A DNA stretch of 64,000 bases from Phoronis australis (taxonomy: Eukaryota; Animalia; Phoronida), in NCBI GenBank assembly GCA_002633005.1, contig NMRA01000685.1, forward strand, positions 124,001 to 188,000, written 5' to 3'. The notes under the pieces are model-generated. The model was not told the DNA's origin. It saw only the letters and a list, made by a program, of their open reading frames with translations, and did not search any database. How positions within the stretch are numbered: position 1 is the first letter of the stretch; every line of letters begins with the position of its first letter. Made by a program: the position numbers and the translations under genes. This document shows, one piece after another, positions 40,101 to 51,260 of this stretch.

Positions 40101-43100
40101 TCAAAGACAATGTTTAGCAGTGCATGTGTGGTGGAATGGTTAAAATGACCATAACCCCATCTTTAAGCTACTACCTGATACTAGCTCCACCTAGAGAGCA
40201 GTATGTTGCTGAACATTTATTGCAATACTTAAACATTAATTCACCAAACACGAGTTTGAATCTAAGTTTCACGAGATTCTACAGAAAAAATTTCTTTTAA
40301 GAATGTATAGGCACAGACAAATGGAAATACAGCCCTCGTTTTATACAATGTCCTTTTAAAGACTGAAACATCATCCATAGTCAAATAAGCTTGAACTCCA
40401 TACATCTAACACCAGCCAGGTGACCATTGCCTCACCTGCCATGATGAGCCACTCGGCCAAAAGATTAACTGTTTGAGCTACAGCTGTGTAGTTGTCAGAC
40501 AATAGTTCTACAACTTTCTCTGGAACACCTCCTGCCTTGAAATACCTACATGTAAGATAATAGTATCACAAAAACAGTTTATTTCAACTTACCAAGAAAA
40601 GGTAATTGACCTATCGCCAGGATTTTGAGAGACGACCAATCAGAATGTAGTATTCTTGACACACCTTCGTTTCAAAGCTGCCATTTTACCCAACAAACAA
40701 CACGTAGCAAGGTAAAAGTAAGAGANNNNNNNNNNNNNNNNNNNNNNNNNNNNNNNNNNNNNNNNNNNNNNNNNNNNNNNNNNNNNNNNNNNNNNTCGTC
40801 ACTTTCAAATTCCCTGGTCTCCGCCATTGTTCAATGCTAGTCACTGATCTCTTGTGTTCAACCCATGACGTCACATGGCGGGAAATGTGAAAATTGGCAA
40901 AATTGAAAGAAAATTCAAAATTTTGAGCTAATTACACAAAATAAACATGGGTTTAGCTAAATTGTACGTCATACATTTAGTCTGTGGCCACCGGTAATTC
41001 AAAATGTGCAAAAATCCATGGTCTGTACTGTTTAAGACATAACATAATAATAACTGTAAATAAAATTAGTTAGGAGGCGTACTAAATGTTTTGACAGCTA
41101 ATATGAAGGTCCCCTTAACATAAAGAATTGGAAAGTAGAAAAATTAATATGAATAAGGCAACTAAGCCAAAAGAGGTAAAAAATATGAGATATACTTAAA
41201 AAAACAAAGTGAAGTAGCGCTAAACATAGACTGGCCATTACAACCAGGTGCAACTGAGATTCTCACGACTCTTGCTTGTCATATCATTGTTACTACACCA
41301 GAACGAAACTTTTGTAATGGACCAAGCCAATAGCGCTACGGTACCCACCTTCCGAGCTGAGCGAAAACAGTTGGTTCCATGATGAAGTCTTTACTCTTGA
41401 ACAGTTGCACACACTCGTCCTGTACAGCTTGTTGTTCACCCTCATCTTCTGAACCTCCATCACCTGACTGAACACATAGCACGTTAAACACTCTTAATCT
41501 TAACGCAGCATGTGATGTCAAGAACATGCCCAACTCGCAAAGAAAAGTCTGTCGTCAACTTCGATACAGTACACTCATGGCATGTGCATGCTTGATTTTA
41601 TACTTTAGTGGAAGAATGGGAATTTGGATAATGTGGCAACTTGGCCGAAGTACTTTTGTGCTGAGAAATACTACTAGTTTACAGGTAATAATTGCTTGAT
41701 ATTAAAGCGAAGTGCAAACAATTCTGACTGGTATTTTGTTTTGAATTGAACAAAATCCTGTGAACAGAGAACACTTTATTGAAAAACCGTAGAAAAAAGA
41801 AATTGGTCAACACGTGACGCTCTATTTCATGGCGATCAAAGCCGACACATATGATTGCTCCACGAATTTCATGACTGATCCTGAAATTTTGCTGTAGAAT
41901 AACTACAATGTTAGCACAGATAATCAAGTTAATTTACTCAAAGAATTGAGTGGGTTTTAACGGCAATAATTATATGTCGTATTTTATTTCGGTTACTTTC
42001 CACACAGATTGCTCCAATGTATAATTATAAAGCTTAGTGTCGAGGTTAACTCTGCATTGGCCTTTGTTTGGAATAAGGGCAAAAAGACGAAATCAAAGAA
42101 AATATGACAGAAATAATGCTATGTAAAACTACATTCTTTTTCAGTGCACTAACTTGGTTACTATTGCAAAAATAATGTCACTAGTCCACTATTCTGAAAT
42201 CAAATTTGTGGATGGATCAAAAGCATCTGATCTAGAATAAGAACAACATCTGCAGATGTTGTCAAATTTCGGTTTTTGCTGATTTTTCAGGCCACAGAAT
42301 TTTTTACACCTTTATGCAGTTTACTACACCAATTATCAGAACTGGTGGTACTTCAATAGTCCATATTGAGCAAAGTTTGGTTTAGTGAAACTATCACTAC
42401 CTCTCCAAAGATGTCACTTTACTTCGAACCAAATAATTGAGCAAACGGCATTTGCACGCTTCACATGCATACTGCTTTCAACACCTTGATGAAACTGATG
42501 TCCAAGGCCCCAATCCCTCGATTTTGGGGCCGAATATCAGCTCCCTTGCCCTCTGAAAAATATTAACAAATCACGCGAAATTCCCCCCATGAGGTCAAAA
42601 GTGATTAAAAAATTCCCTTTGTAGTTAAAATCACTCGTAACTCGATCACAGCGACGATTTGAAACAGCACAAAATGTTAGTTTTGACTACCTGAGGCAGA
42701 GACTATGAGGGCTGGTGACAGGGGGTGGGGGTGCTGTTGACAGTGATGGAAGCCTTCCAACACCGTCAAAAGCATCCCCACCTCCTCCCAGGGCCTGGGA
42801 GGGGGTAGAAATTTTCCCCTCGACTCGACCTCACCCAAAAACCCCCTCCCTCAGGCGAGGGAGGGTCCTGACATCTGATTTTTGTTTTTCATTTCAAAAG
42901 CAGGAGACAGAGATGCAAATAAATGACAGTCAATAAGGCAGCCTGGATCCGGAGACCAACCGGTAACTGCGGTGAACTGTGCCAAACGGCAACGGCCAAT
43001 GCGCAATGGCAATTGTGGAGTGTCAATCGCCCCGGCTTCAGCGATAGCAAGCACAATCAGAATTTACCCCACTCAAAGTCTACTTACTCCAGCATCGTCA

Positions 43101-43132
43101 TCCCATATACTTTCATCTTCATCGTCAGCCAT
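25182..43132 (-). CDS. NELFCD: Negative elongation factor C/D (TH1-like), complete, 16 exons, about 574 aa
   Basis: Minus-strand exons: 43088-43132 ([18 protein letters not shown]), 41349-41467, 40436-40545, 39038-39147, 38412-38519, 36711-36863, 36063-36193, 33275-33395, 32624-32690, 31277-31389, 30724-30860, 29387-29501, 28457-28552, 26383-26523, 25530-25659, 25182-25210 (TAG). All introns are GT-AG and the total is 1725 nt in frame. TH1 motifs: [118 protein letters not shown]. Confidence 0.96.
26757..27563. mobile_element. Degenerate Tc1/mariner-pogo-like non-autonomous element
   Basis: Inverted ACCTAAATATCGGA / TCCGATATTTAGGT motifs near TAGT..ACTA termini. Confidence 0.4.
29258..29409. 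repeat. Three perfect 50-bp tandem repeats spanning a NELFCD exon/intron donor
   Basis: Unit TACACATATTCCCATAGTAACTCACTTACCTCATCTAGTAGGGCCAAGTG x3. Each unit contains GATGAG|GTAAGT on the minus strand. Confidence 0.95.
29892..30232. repeat. 28-bp minisatellite, about 12 copies
   Basis: Unit GTGTTGTACTGACC(C/T)ATTCATATTGAAC with no unique spacers. Confidence 0.95.
30344..30518. mobile_element. Palindromic MITE with inverted arms of about 60 bp
   Basis: CTTATTCACGCAGTCGCC...AGTGAGCCTCTTTTTAG...ACAATGCATTT is mirrored by AAATGCATTGT...CTAAAAAGAGGCTCACT...GGCGACTGCGTGAATAAG. Confidence 0.8.
35002..35282. repeat. GC-rich minisatellite, unit about 30 bp, 9-10 copies
   Basis: Unit GTTCAGGTTCCCCCCTTGAGGGGGCTCTGT, with an internal CCCCC-TTGA-GGGGG hairpin. 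Confidence 0.92.
40726..40795. other. Assembly gap (70 N) in NELFCD intron 2
   Basis: Run of N. Confidence 0.99.
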
Positions 43133-43594
43133 CGCAGCAGCAACTTAAGCTTTTTTGTTAATTCATCGTACCTCGACGAAAACCGCTCCGTAAATCAAAT
43201 GACCTTGACATTTAGGCAACATGAAGCGCCACATGTTGGCCGGTGAACAAACTTTTATTTCATTTCATTGTCACGACTATGCCATCATACCGTGACCAAT
43301 GAGCTATAATTTATCCCATTGTTGGTGGCAGTGGTGGTGCGACGGTGGTGGTATTAACACGCACTAAGTATATACACAAGTTAATAAAATACGCAAATGA
43401 AATAACCCGAGGATAACATAAAAAATTTCAAAGCGACTCTTCCCGAGACATGGGGGTCTAGTCGCAGTTTGTTGACAAATTTGCAGATACAAACGATAAC
43501 AAGGACTAAATAAACCCAAAATACTGACACAGATGAGCTAAAAATGTAATCACCTAGCACCACATTAGCCAAAAGGATTTTTCAACTATAGCTT

Positions 43595-43762
43595 CAGGGG
43601 CGGATCATGATTTTGAGTTGGGCGGGGGGGGGGGGCCGGCAGGGCAGGGCAGGGCAGAGAATTATAGCCAGGATTTTGCACCTCAGACCTTCGCAACTCC
43701 GAAGCGCCAAACGGAATATGGGAGAATTTTAAGGGGGGGGGGGGAGGGCAAGTCTGCCACTG
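43595..43762. mobile_element. G-rich hAT-like MITE upstream of NELFCD (family member at 59618-59779)
   Basis: CAGGGGCGGATC...(T/C)GCCACTG termini and a shared internal CAGGGCAGAG..TAGCCAGG segment in both copies. Confidence 0.7.
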
Positions 43763-44001
43763 GGCTTAGTAGTGGCTGCTCAACGTCAAGTACTTTTCTC
43801 TACGTGTATGACAATGATGCATGGTGCCTGCACAATGCGTTATGACTGCCAGTGCCGCAGTAGGTAACAACTGGCAGTTAGTTATTGCTCAAGACCAGGC
43901 TCTATCGCATGTCATTTTATGCACCGAGGATGGTTTCAAGGTATATAGAGGTGTGATTGACGAGAGCAAATATACGAGCGCACATTTCCGATCCGTCTTA
44001 A

Positions 44002-44275
44002 GGCTATGAAGGACCCCGCTAGTTCACATATCTCGGACAAAAGTTTCTTAAATTTCGACATGTAGTGGGATCTTGTCAAAGACTACAAAAATTTGCCACC
44101 CGTCTTCAGAAATGACTTTCAGTCATTCCAGCTTTCGCGGTTACTGTTTTTATTGACTGGGAGTCATTTCTGAAGACTGGTGGCACTGAAATTTTTGTAG
44201 TCTTTGGCAAGACGTGATGTGACCATATGCCAAAATTTTCAAGAAACTTTCACCCGATAGCTACGAAACGATGCC
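44002..44275. mobile_element. Kolobok-type palindromic MITE
   Basis: TTAA|GG...CC|TTAG termini. Long arms AAAGTTTCTT..CAAAGACTACAAAAATTT..GTCTTCAGAAATGACT are mirrored on the right. Confidence 0.7.
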
Positions 44276-44403
44276 TTAGTTGGTCCTGTTGTGATAAGTC
44301 TTTGATTTGAAGATCATTTTATCGCCATTATTTTCTCTTTTAATTACAACAAACACAATCAGCATAATAACTCATTTTCAAAATAGCCGCACCATATTGA
44401 ATT

Positions 44404-45272
44404 TCACCATCCCGCTACTATAGAGACCGCAGGTCTTTGGTGCCAAAGGCGTTCAATGCCTACAGATCACATGTAAAGCGTATGGGAGGTTTCAGGTATA
44501 AATAATGTTTTAACACCTTTTGTGCTGTAATGCCGGAAGATTTCTAATAATGTGAAGGGGTGTGTACTAATGACTCACGCACCAAATCTTTTGAAATAGT
44601 ATGGAGTGGAGGACAGCGTGTTCCATACATTTCCCACTAAGAAGAAGAATCTGCGGCTGCGAAGTCAGGAAGTCGCATTTACTGCTTTTCCGGTAATCGG
44701 AACCACTTACTCCTCTCTCGTTCTTGCAATTATTTCTTCAGCTCTGAGACTTTAAAAGAGCGAAAAAGAGTAAAAAGTAGCGTGACTAGCTATCAGTCAT
44801 TTTGGAAATCTGTCCGGGATCTGAGTCGGGAGACCAAGCGAAGTCACGTTCGAGCTCTCAACCACTGAGGCATACAGGGGCCCATGTACACTTTTGCAGT
44901 TTTTCCTAACCAATGTTGTGCTAGACTTGTCTCAAAATCGTTTTCGTCATCATGCAGGTAGTCCTGATCGTAATCAGCACCGACTTCATCTTCGTCAACG
45001 TCATCACCATCACCATTAAATCTGTCAAAAACTCACATACCGTAGAAAAACTGACTATTCGTTTAGACAACTTACAGTAATAAAATTGGTGTCAACTTGT
45101 TTCTTACTTGCACTAGAGGAAATTTTGAACAGTAGTTTCGTTATTGCTTGAGAGCAGGATCATTAAGTTGGCTTGTCCTGGCATGTCATTATACGTGTCA
45201 TTATACGTGTCGAGCTTAGTCTCAATATTAAGCATTGACATAAGGCTAGTTCTTTCAAGACCCAGAAAATCA
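44404..45272 (-). CDS. Candidate small spliced gene or pseudogene of unknown function
   Basis: Putative exons 44911-45021, 44711-44749, 44583-44656 and 44404-44459 have GT-AG boundaries and join in frame (FNGDGDDVDEDEVGADYDQDYLHDDENDFETSLAQHCLRAEEIIARTREDRRFFFLVGNVWNTLSSTPYYFKRFGIERLWHQRPAVSIVAGW*). The upstream exon 45108-45272 is out of phase, and no start codon was established. Confidence 0.3.
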
Positions 45273-45748
45273 CTGAGAAAGGAGAAATTTGAGAGAAGTA
45301 TTATAAAGGGAAGCGGTCTAAAGTATAAGTTCAGACAACTGAAAGGTGGTTTTATAGCAACTTTGTAAGATCAAATCTATTGTGTCATGATTTGCGTATG
45401 ATTACAATCCCAAGACTGCGTAAGTCACATAAATTAATTCTGCACGTCTATATTTTGTTTCTTTCTAAAGTTATGGGGTTACATAATTAATGCAGTTGTT
45501 TCCGTTGTCGGATTAGTGACACAATGACATGCTCATTGCAGCGCCCTTAAGCCTATCCATTTAACGGTACTATTATTATGATGCGTCACGTGAAATGTTC
45601 AAGTTTGCTGTGAACGCATACCATGCAATTTTATGAAAACAAACTGCTCAAGTTTGACTAGCACAGTATCAATATCCTTGTTATCTCACGCTAAATGATG
45701 ATGTGGTGTTTTTGCCAATATCGAGATTGTTATCTTCAAGAAACACGA

Positions 45749-46570
45749 TGTCAAGCCATCTTGATGATTATTTTTATTTTAGTACAGCGACCACTAACGG
45801 CCACTGTGGCTGTCAATCAGTTGACTCCTCCCAGTGACCACATATGTTCCTGTAACCACGTGTTTCTTTGTACCAGGGCTTAATAAGCTAGTCCTATCTT
45901 GTTCTATGTATCCAACCTCGTCGTTCTTTTTCATATAATCACAAATTCCTACCAGAGTCATTTTACGACTACTTGTCTTCAAGACATTTTGGTGCCGAAA
46001 CCCGTTTATAGGCTAAAGCTGAACCATGACGGATAACGCCATCTAATTCCAATCTTCTAACGAAGGACCGCCGGCGGCGCAGAGCCCACAGAGGCATCGT
46101 AACAATGTTGGTTGCTGAATCAACTGAAGATCCGCCATCCACTCAAACTATGGACGATCTTCAAACTAATATAGAACTGATCGACTCGAAACTTGATCTG
46201 ATCAACGCCCTGGACAATCGGACATCAGATCTCACTCAAGAAGACGACATAGAAATCGCCATCACTGAGGCCGATTCCTTCAACACAGCCCTTTACCGCC
46301 AGCGAGCGACACTTGTGTGTTTTCTCCAAAAACACTCTGTATCCACCGCTGCACCCTCTGAATCTGGATCGCACGCCGACCTATCATCATCGTCATCCGG
46401 AGTTAGCAAGCAACACACTCATCTGCCTAAACTCAATGGTGACAGTCTTACGTGGACAACATTCAACGACGCTTTCCACTCAGCCATTCACTCCGATTCC
46501 AACCTCGTCGTTCGTTTTCCTATAATCACACATACCCACCAGGGACATTTATCTACTTGTTTTCAAGACA
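45749..46570 (+). mobile_element. Internally deleted BEL/Pao LTR retrotransposon
   Basis: 5' LTR TGTC...GACA (45749-45986). PBS TGGTGCCGAAACCCG (45990-46004), complementary to the tRNA-Phe 3' end. Gag-like ORF with LPKLNGDSLTWTTFNDAFHSAIH (DUF1759-type). The last about 73 bp of the LTR repeat at 46498-46570, and the TSD is CACGA/CACGG. Confidence 0.85.
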
Positions 46571-46755
46571 CACGGCACAGCTCTATTTTAACGTCTCACT
46601 AGTAGTCAAATAGTTGATTAAAATCACCATAAATACAAGGGGCTATCACTACTAAATTGTAACGCAAGAATTTAGTGTTACACTTGTGGCTATAGTATAA
46701 AAAATCCTAGACCACTGATTGAATGAGTCAATTAAAGCCCGATCCAAAAAAAAAA

Positions 46756-47640
46756 CTACAACTGGTTACTAAGAATGTGTTTCAGAGTTGACCAAGAAAA
46801 AGAAGGAAAGTATAGTTCAATAAACGTGCTCAGTTCAGCTGCGCAATTCACTGAACGTTTTTTGTAGGCTGTTTCTCCACTCTTAGCTTCATACAATATC
46901 ACTCCGTCGCTGGTTTCTTTAAATGCGCAAGACAATCCCGGAGGACTAATGACTGCTCTCACAAACTGATGGAAATGATGACCACTGCTATGCGAGTAGA
47001 TTGTCTCATTAAGCAGTGCAGCTAACTTATCATGTGAAAACGCATCTAGATTGAAACTATAAACGTCAACCCACTGAGCCTCCTCGAAACCTGAAAAAAA
47101 TGGATCGGTCTTCCTTATGAGCTGGCGACGAACATAATGATCACCCACTTTGGCATATTTGCATATCGTACAATTATGCTGATAAGATGGAGATTCCACT
47201 TCAAAATCCAATGGGAATGCATCAAAAGATGGCTGTCCAAATCCCACATCTACCAAAAACGTGTCCCCCTCTTCCTGTAGATCCTTAACAATAACAATAA
47301 CATGAGCCGGATACTTGTCCTTCATCACCTGTGCCACACCGCAATAGGAGTGGAAACCCAAACCTGCCAGCAGCGCACACATGAATGTATTCAGCTCGTA
47401 ACACAAACCACCTTGTCGGCTCATAACTTTCTCTTTGACAGTGTCCCATCTTGGAATACACCTCTGATCCTCGGGAATCATTAGTAGATTGAAGTTGGTA
47501 AACGGGATGTGGTGACTAAATGCTGTAATTATCTGTTTCAAATAGGCAGCCTTGTCCAGTTTCCCCGCGCAATCCTCAAAACTAACACCAGTAACCTTTA
47601 GGAAATGTCCGACTTCCTCTGGAGACAGCTGCATAGCCAT
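46756..47640 (-). CDS. Arylamine N-acetyltransferase (NAT family), intronless ORF, 294 aa
   Basis: HIPFTN, RQGGLCYELN (catalytic Cys), AHVIVIV (His) and FLVDVGFG (Asp) give the NAT Cys-His-Asp triad. Confidence 0.92.
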   Translation of the reverse strand: MAMQLSPEEVGHFLKVTGVSFEDCAGKLDKAAYLKQIITAFSHHIPFTNFNLLMIPEDQRCIPRWDTVKEKVMSRQGGLCYELNTFMCALLAGLGFHSYCGVAQVMKDKYPAHVIVIVKDLQEEGDTFLVDVGFGQPSFDAFPLDFEVESPSYQHNCTICKYAKVGDHYVRRQLIRKTDPFFSGFEEAQWVDVYSFNLDAFSHDKLAALLNETIYSHSSGHHFHQFVRAVISPPGLSCAFKETSDGVILYEAKSGETAYKKRSVNCAAELSTFIELYFPSFSWSTLKHILSNQL

Positions 47641-47907
47641 TACATTGAAGTTGTTGTGTGAGCAAGTGCACTCATTTATCGGTAAGCTGAATACTATTTG
47701 ACCCCGGGCAGGCCTTTCGCAACAACACGATATATGAATAGGTTTACGGCTGAACGTGATAACATTTCACGACATACAGTACCAGACAAAAGTAATCGAA
47801 CAAAATAATGTTTACCCACTACCACATGAAAATGTCTGGTAATAACTTTTATGATCGACATATGTCCCGAATGATTTATAAATAGTTCGTGCGTCGCAAG
47901 CTTGTTA

Positions 47908-48083
47908 CCAGAGATGAAACCAAGACCGGGGTAGGCGATATAAGGTCATTTATTATGACTAATACAATTACAAGTAAGGTCATATATATGACTAAAATGA
48001 GTAAGGTCAGTTAAATGACTAATATAATTACAAGTATTAGGTAGTGACTAAACATAAGTAAAGTAAAAAATACTAATCTCTGG
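47908..48083. mobile_element. Small TA-flanked MITE with internal TAAGGTCA...ATGACTAA repeats
   Basis: TA|CCAGAGAT...ATCTCTGG|TA, containing three to four internal units of about 30 bp. Confidence 0.55.
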
Positions 48084-48264
48084 TAAGATGGGCAAATGAA
48101 AAGCGCCACAAGAGCCATTGGGAAGACTAATCTGACGATGAATTCGGGTTCCTCCAAGCCGCCACAACAGAAAATTCCAGTACATTTTGCTTGTACAGAA
48201 CAATTCTTTACGGTTACAAAGTGAGTTAATTTGTAACTACATCATGAACTGGCAAAATCTGTTC

Positions 48265-49095
48265 TTAAAAATGAAGAACGAAGTGTCGCTCTTTGTCAAA
48301 AACACTTTTCAGAATTAACCAAGAAAACGAAGGAAAACATTGCTCAACAAATGCCATAACTTCAGCTGCAGACTTTACTGTGCGTCTTTTGTAGTCTCTT
48401 TCAGAGTGACTGGCCTCATACACAAATTTTACGCTGTTTCTTTAAATGCACACGACATTCCAGGGAGACTAATCGGACTGCTCTTAAATGATGGAAAGAA
48501 TGGGTGCTACTGTGAAAGGTAGACGGACTCATTGAGAGATATGCAGTTACTCAGTGATCAGGTGAACACATCCAAACTGAAACTGTAGACATCTACCCAC
48601 TGAGAATACGTAAAAGATGGAAAGAATGGCTCATTCTTTATTGAGAACTGCTGGCAAAAGTAGCGACCCCATTTGTATATTTGCACATTACACAGTTATG
48701 CTGGTAAATCGGAGATCGACTTCATTCCAAAAGAAATACGTCAAAAGCAGGCACACTGAATCCTGCGTCAACCAAAAAAGTATCGGACTCTTTTTGCAGA
48801 TTGGTAACAATGACAAAAACATGTGATGGAGGACCAACCTTCCTCACTTGCGCCACACTGCAATATGCCTGGAAACTCAAGCCTGACAACAGGGCACAAA
48901 CAAACATGTTCAACTCCACCGTAGCACAGTCCACCTTGCCGATTCATTACCTTCTCTTTGTCTTCGTCCCAGCATGGCACACACCTCTCCTTATTTACAA
49001 CCAACAACAGATTCAAGTTGGTAACTGGAATCTGCTGACCGATGACCTTCAAGAAATGCAAAATTTCATCTTGTCAGTGAGAGCTGGACATCCAT
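48265..49095 (-). pseudogene. Arylamine N-acetyltransferase paralogue, frameshifted
   Basis: Collinear with 46756-47640 across several frames: MDVQLS.., HFLKVIG[about 24 aa deleted]QQIPVTNLNLL, RQGGLCY/ELNMFVCALL, SHVFVIV, FLVDAGF, FPSFSWLILK. Confidence 0.88.
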
Positions 49096-51260
49096 AATAC
49101 GGAATCATGATGTCGGATGCCTCGAAAACACTAGTTGAAAAATGACCTAGTTTCACTGCACACACATTCTAGTGTTAAATAGGGTGATACCTCACCAGTT
49201 GACCTTTTAAAAGGCTTCTAACACAGTGTGAGTGCCCATAGTTTCTCTAAACCCTGTCTGACGTTAGTTACGACAATGAACTTACAGGACTTGGAATTTT
49301 CCTCTTTTTAGGGGATCTCCTCTTTTTGGTTTCGATTTCCTCTTATTTTATCTCCAGTTTCCTCTTTTTCGTCTCTTTATTATCATTATTTTGACTTTAT
49401 TCATACAAAAAACGTTTATCTCATTTACATTTTACATCACACAAGACTAAATTTATTTATAGAAACTAAACTTTCCTCTTTTTGTCATTGGTCATTCCAA
49501 GCCATGCTGAAAAATAATAAAGCTTTTAATTGGTGATACTTATCTTTTATGAAAAAAATCACTTGTTTACCTGGGTCATATTTAGTTTAACGTCAACGGT
49601 TAGTGAGGTTTTACCATAAACAGGTTCTAGTTGAAGGATTGTAAAGCATCTGAGTGTGTGACTACCAAACTTTACTTTTAAAACGTCTAATAAATTGACC
49701 AAGTGGGTCTTGTTTTGAATAAACTCTCAACATTAGGGCATTGTGATCGGTTGATGTTTGAGTCAAGTTTAGTGCAGACGGCAAAGCCAGAAATTATCTG
49801 ACATACAACTTGGAAGAGTATTCCATTAACACATCTAAGAATCAGATCTAATGGCTGAGAAACTTCGTGACTGACTTTGGCGAATCATTTGTCAGCTGAC
49901 AAGTTGTCTGACGGCCATTTCCATTCCGTTTGTCGCGTACTGTCGCATGACATGCAAATTCCTCCAAACGTCAACCAATATATACCAAAACACGACGATT
50001 TCTGCGGCAAGAGGGATCTTATTTAGTTAATGGAACTGAAGATTAGGTTGTTAGATTGCAGAGAAATATCGGCGGATATCTGACAAGTGATTATTTAATT
50101 CAATGAAAAAAGACAGGCGCACCAACGTGCGATTTTGCGCCTTAGTGCAAGATGGGCATCACGGAGACTTGCCTCGTAGACCATTTTGCGAGTTCGTCAT
50201 CAGCCCGAAATTTCTTGCATTCATTTGGTTATGTGTTTCAAGTGAAGGATAAACGTACATGTAAACCAAATCGGTTATTCTGCAGGCGTTCTAAAGTGGG
50301 CCGTTGGGGGAAGTGTCGCCGCATAACGCCTCGTATTTTATTTACAGACACGCTCGAGAAGTTAGTTAGCGATAGAAACACAAGTTTGCCTACATTTTTT
50401 CAAATAAAACGTTATTTGTGGTAGTTGCATGGCCTACTATGAACCAAAATACAGCACCGGGTGCTGACGAACACACAAGATTCGGTTGATGAAAGAATTA
50501 GTCAGCAGTGTATGTGGAAACATCAACATGTTTCGGATGCCCACGCCTTTTTATCAACAGTGCATTTGCTGTGAAGTTAACCCACGTTTTTATGTATATG
50601 TCATTTGGAAACCGAGAGTGGTCTTCAAAGATTTGTTCTGTGCCTTTTTAATGATAGATTTCTTTAGTTTGGGATTGCGAATTTTTGTGACGAAAACGTG
50701 AACAGCACAGAAGGTGATTACTTTATAACTTATGTATGTTTGAAGCAGCTGTTAACGAAAACCACGCAAAGCCAAAGCACTAGAGTAGGCTACATGGCAC
50801 TGCATTGTTTCCAAGTGGTATCAGAAAGCATAGAGAAGGTATTTACGTGCAAGTATTGCCGGAGTTTCGAGAGTAAATTCATTATTACATCGTAAGTCGT
50901 TTCCAAGTGTCGTCTCTAGACTTGTCAATGGGGGCCGGGCACTGCATGGTTGGGATTTTGTCTTAGTGACAGTCTTCATTCTGACATGATTCAAACTACT
51001 GAGGAACAAGTATCGCGTAAAATTCCGTGGTCTTGCGTAATCTCTATTTTCTCACGCTACTGTAACTTGTGACACACCTTTAATTGCGTCATAAGCTATT
51101 TCTCAGTGCAAACCCGTACTTGGTACCCGTACTTCACACCCGGATACTACAATTAGTCTTCGCTCCACCACCGGGGAAGTTTGAAAAATCGGATCCAACT
51201 GCACTGCCGACTCGGCTGTTTCCATAACACAGACGGCCTATAAATGACACAATAAGACCT

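Noticed and set aside
50150-50210. Hammerhead ribozyme candidate (CTGATGA-CGAACTCG on the minus strand; also CTGATGA near 5936 and 37195)
   Set aside because: The GAAA core and a properly paired stem II/III do not occur together in any of these.
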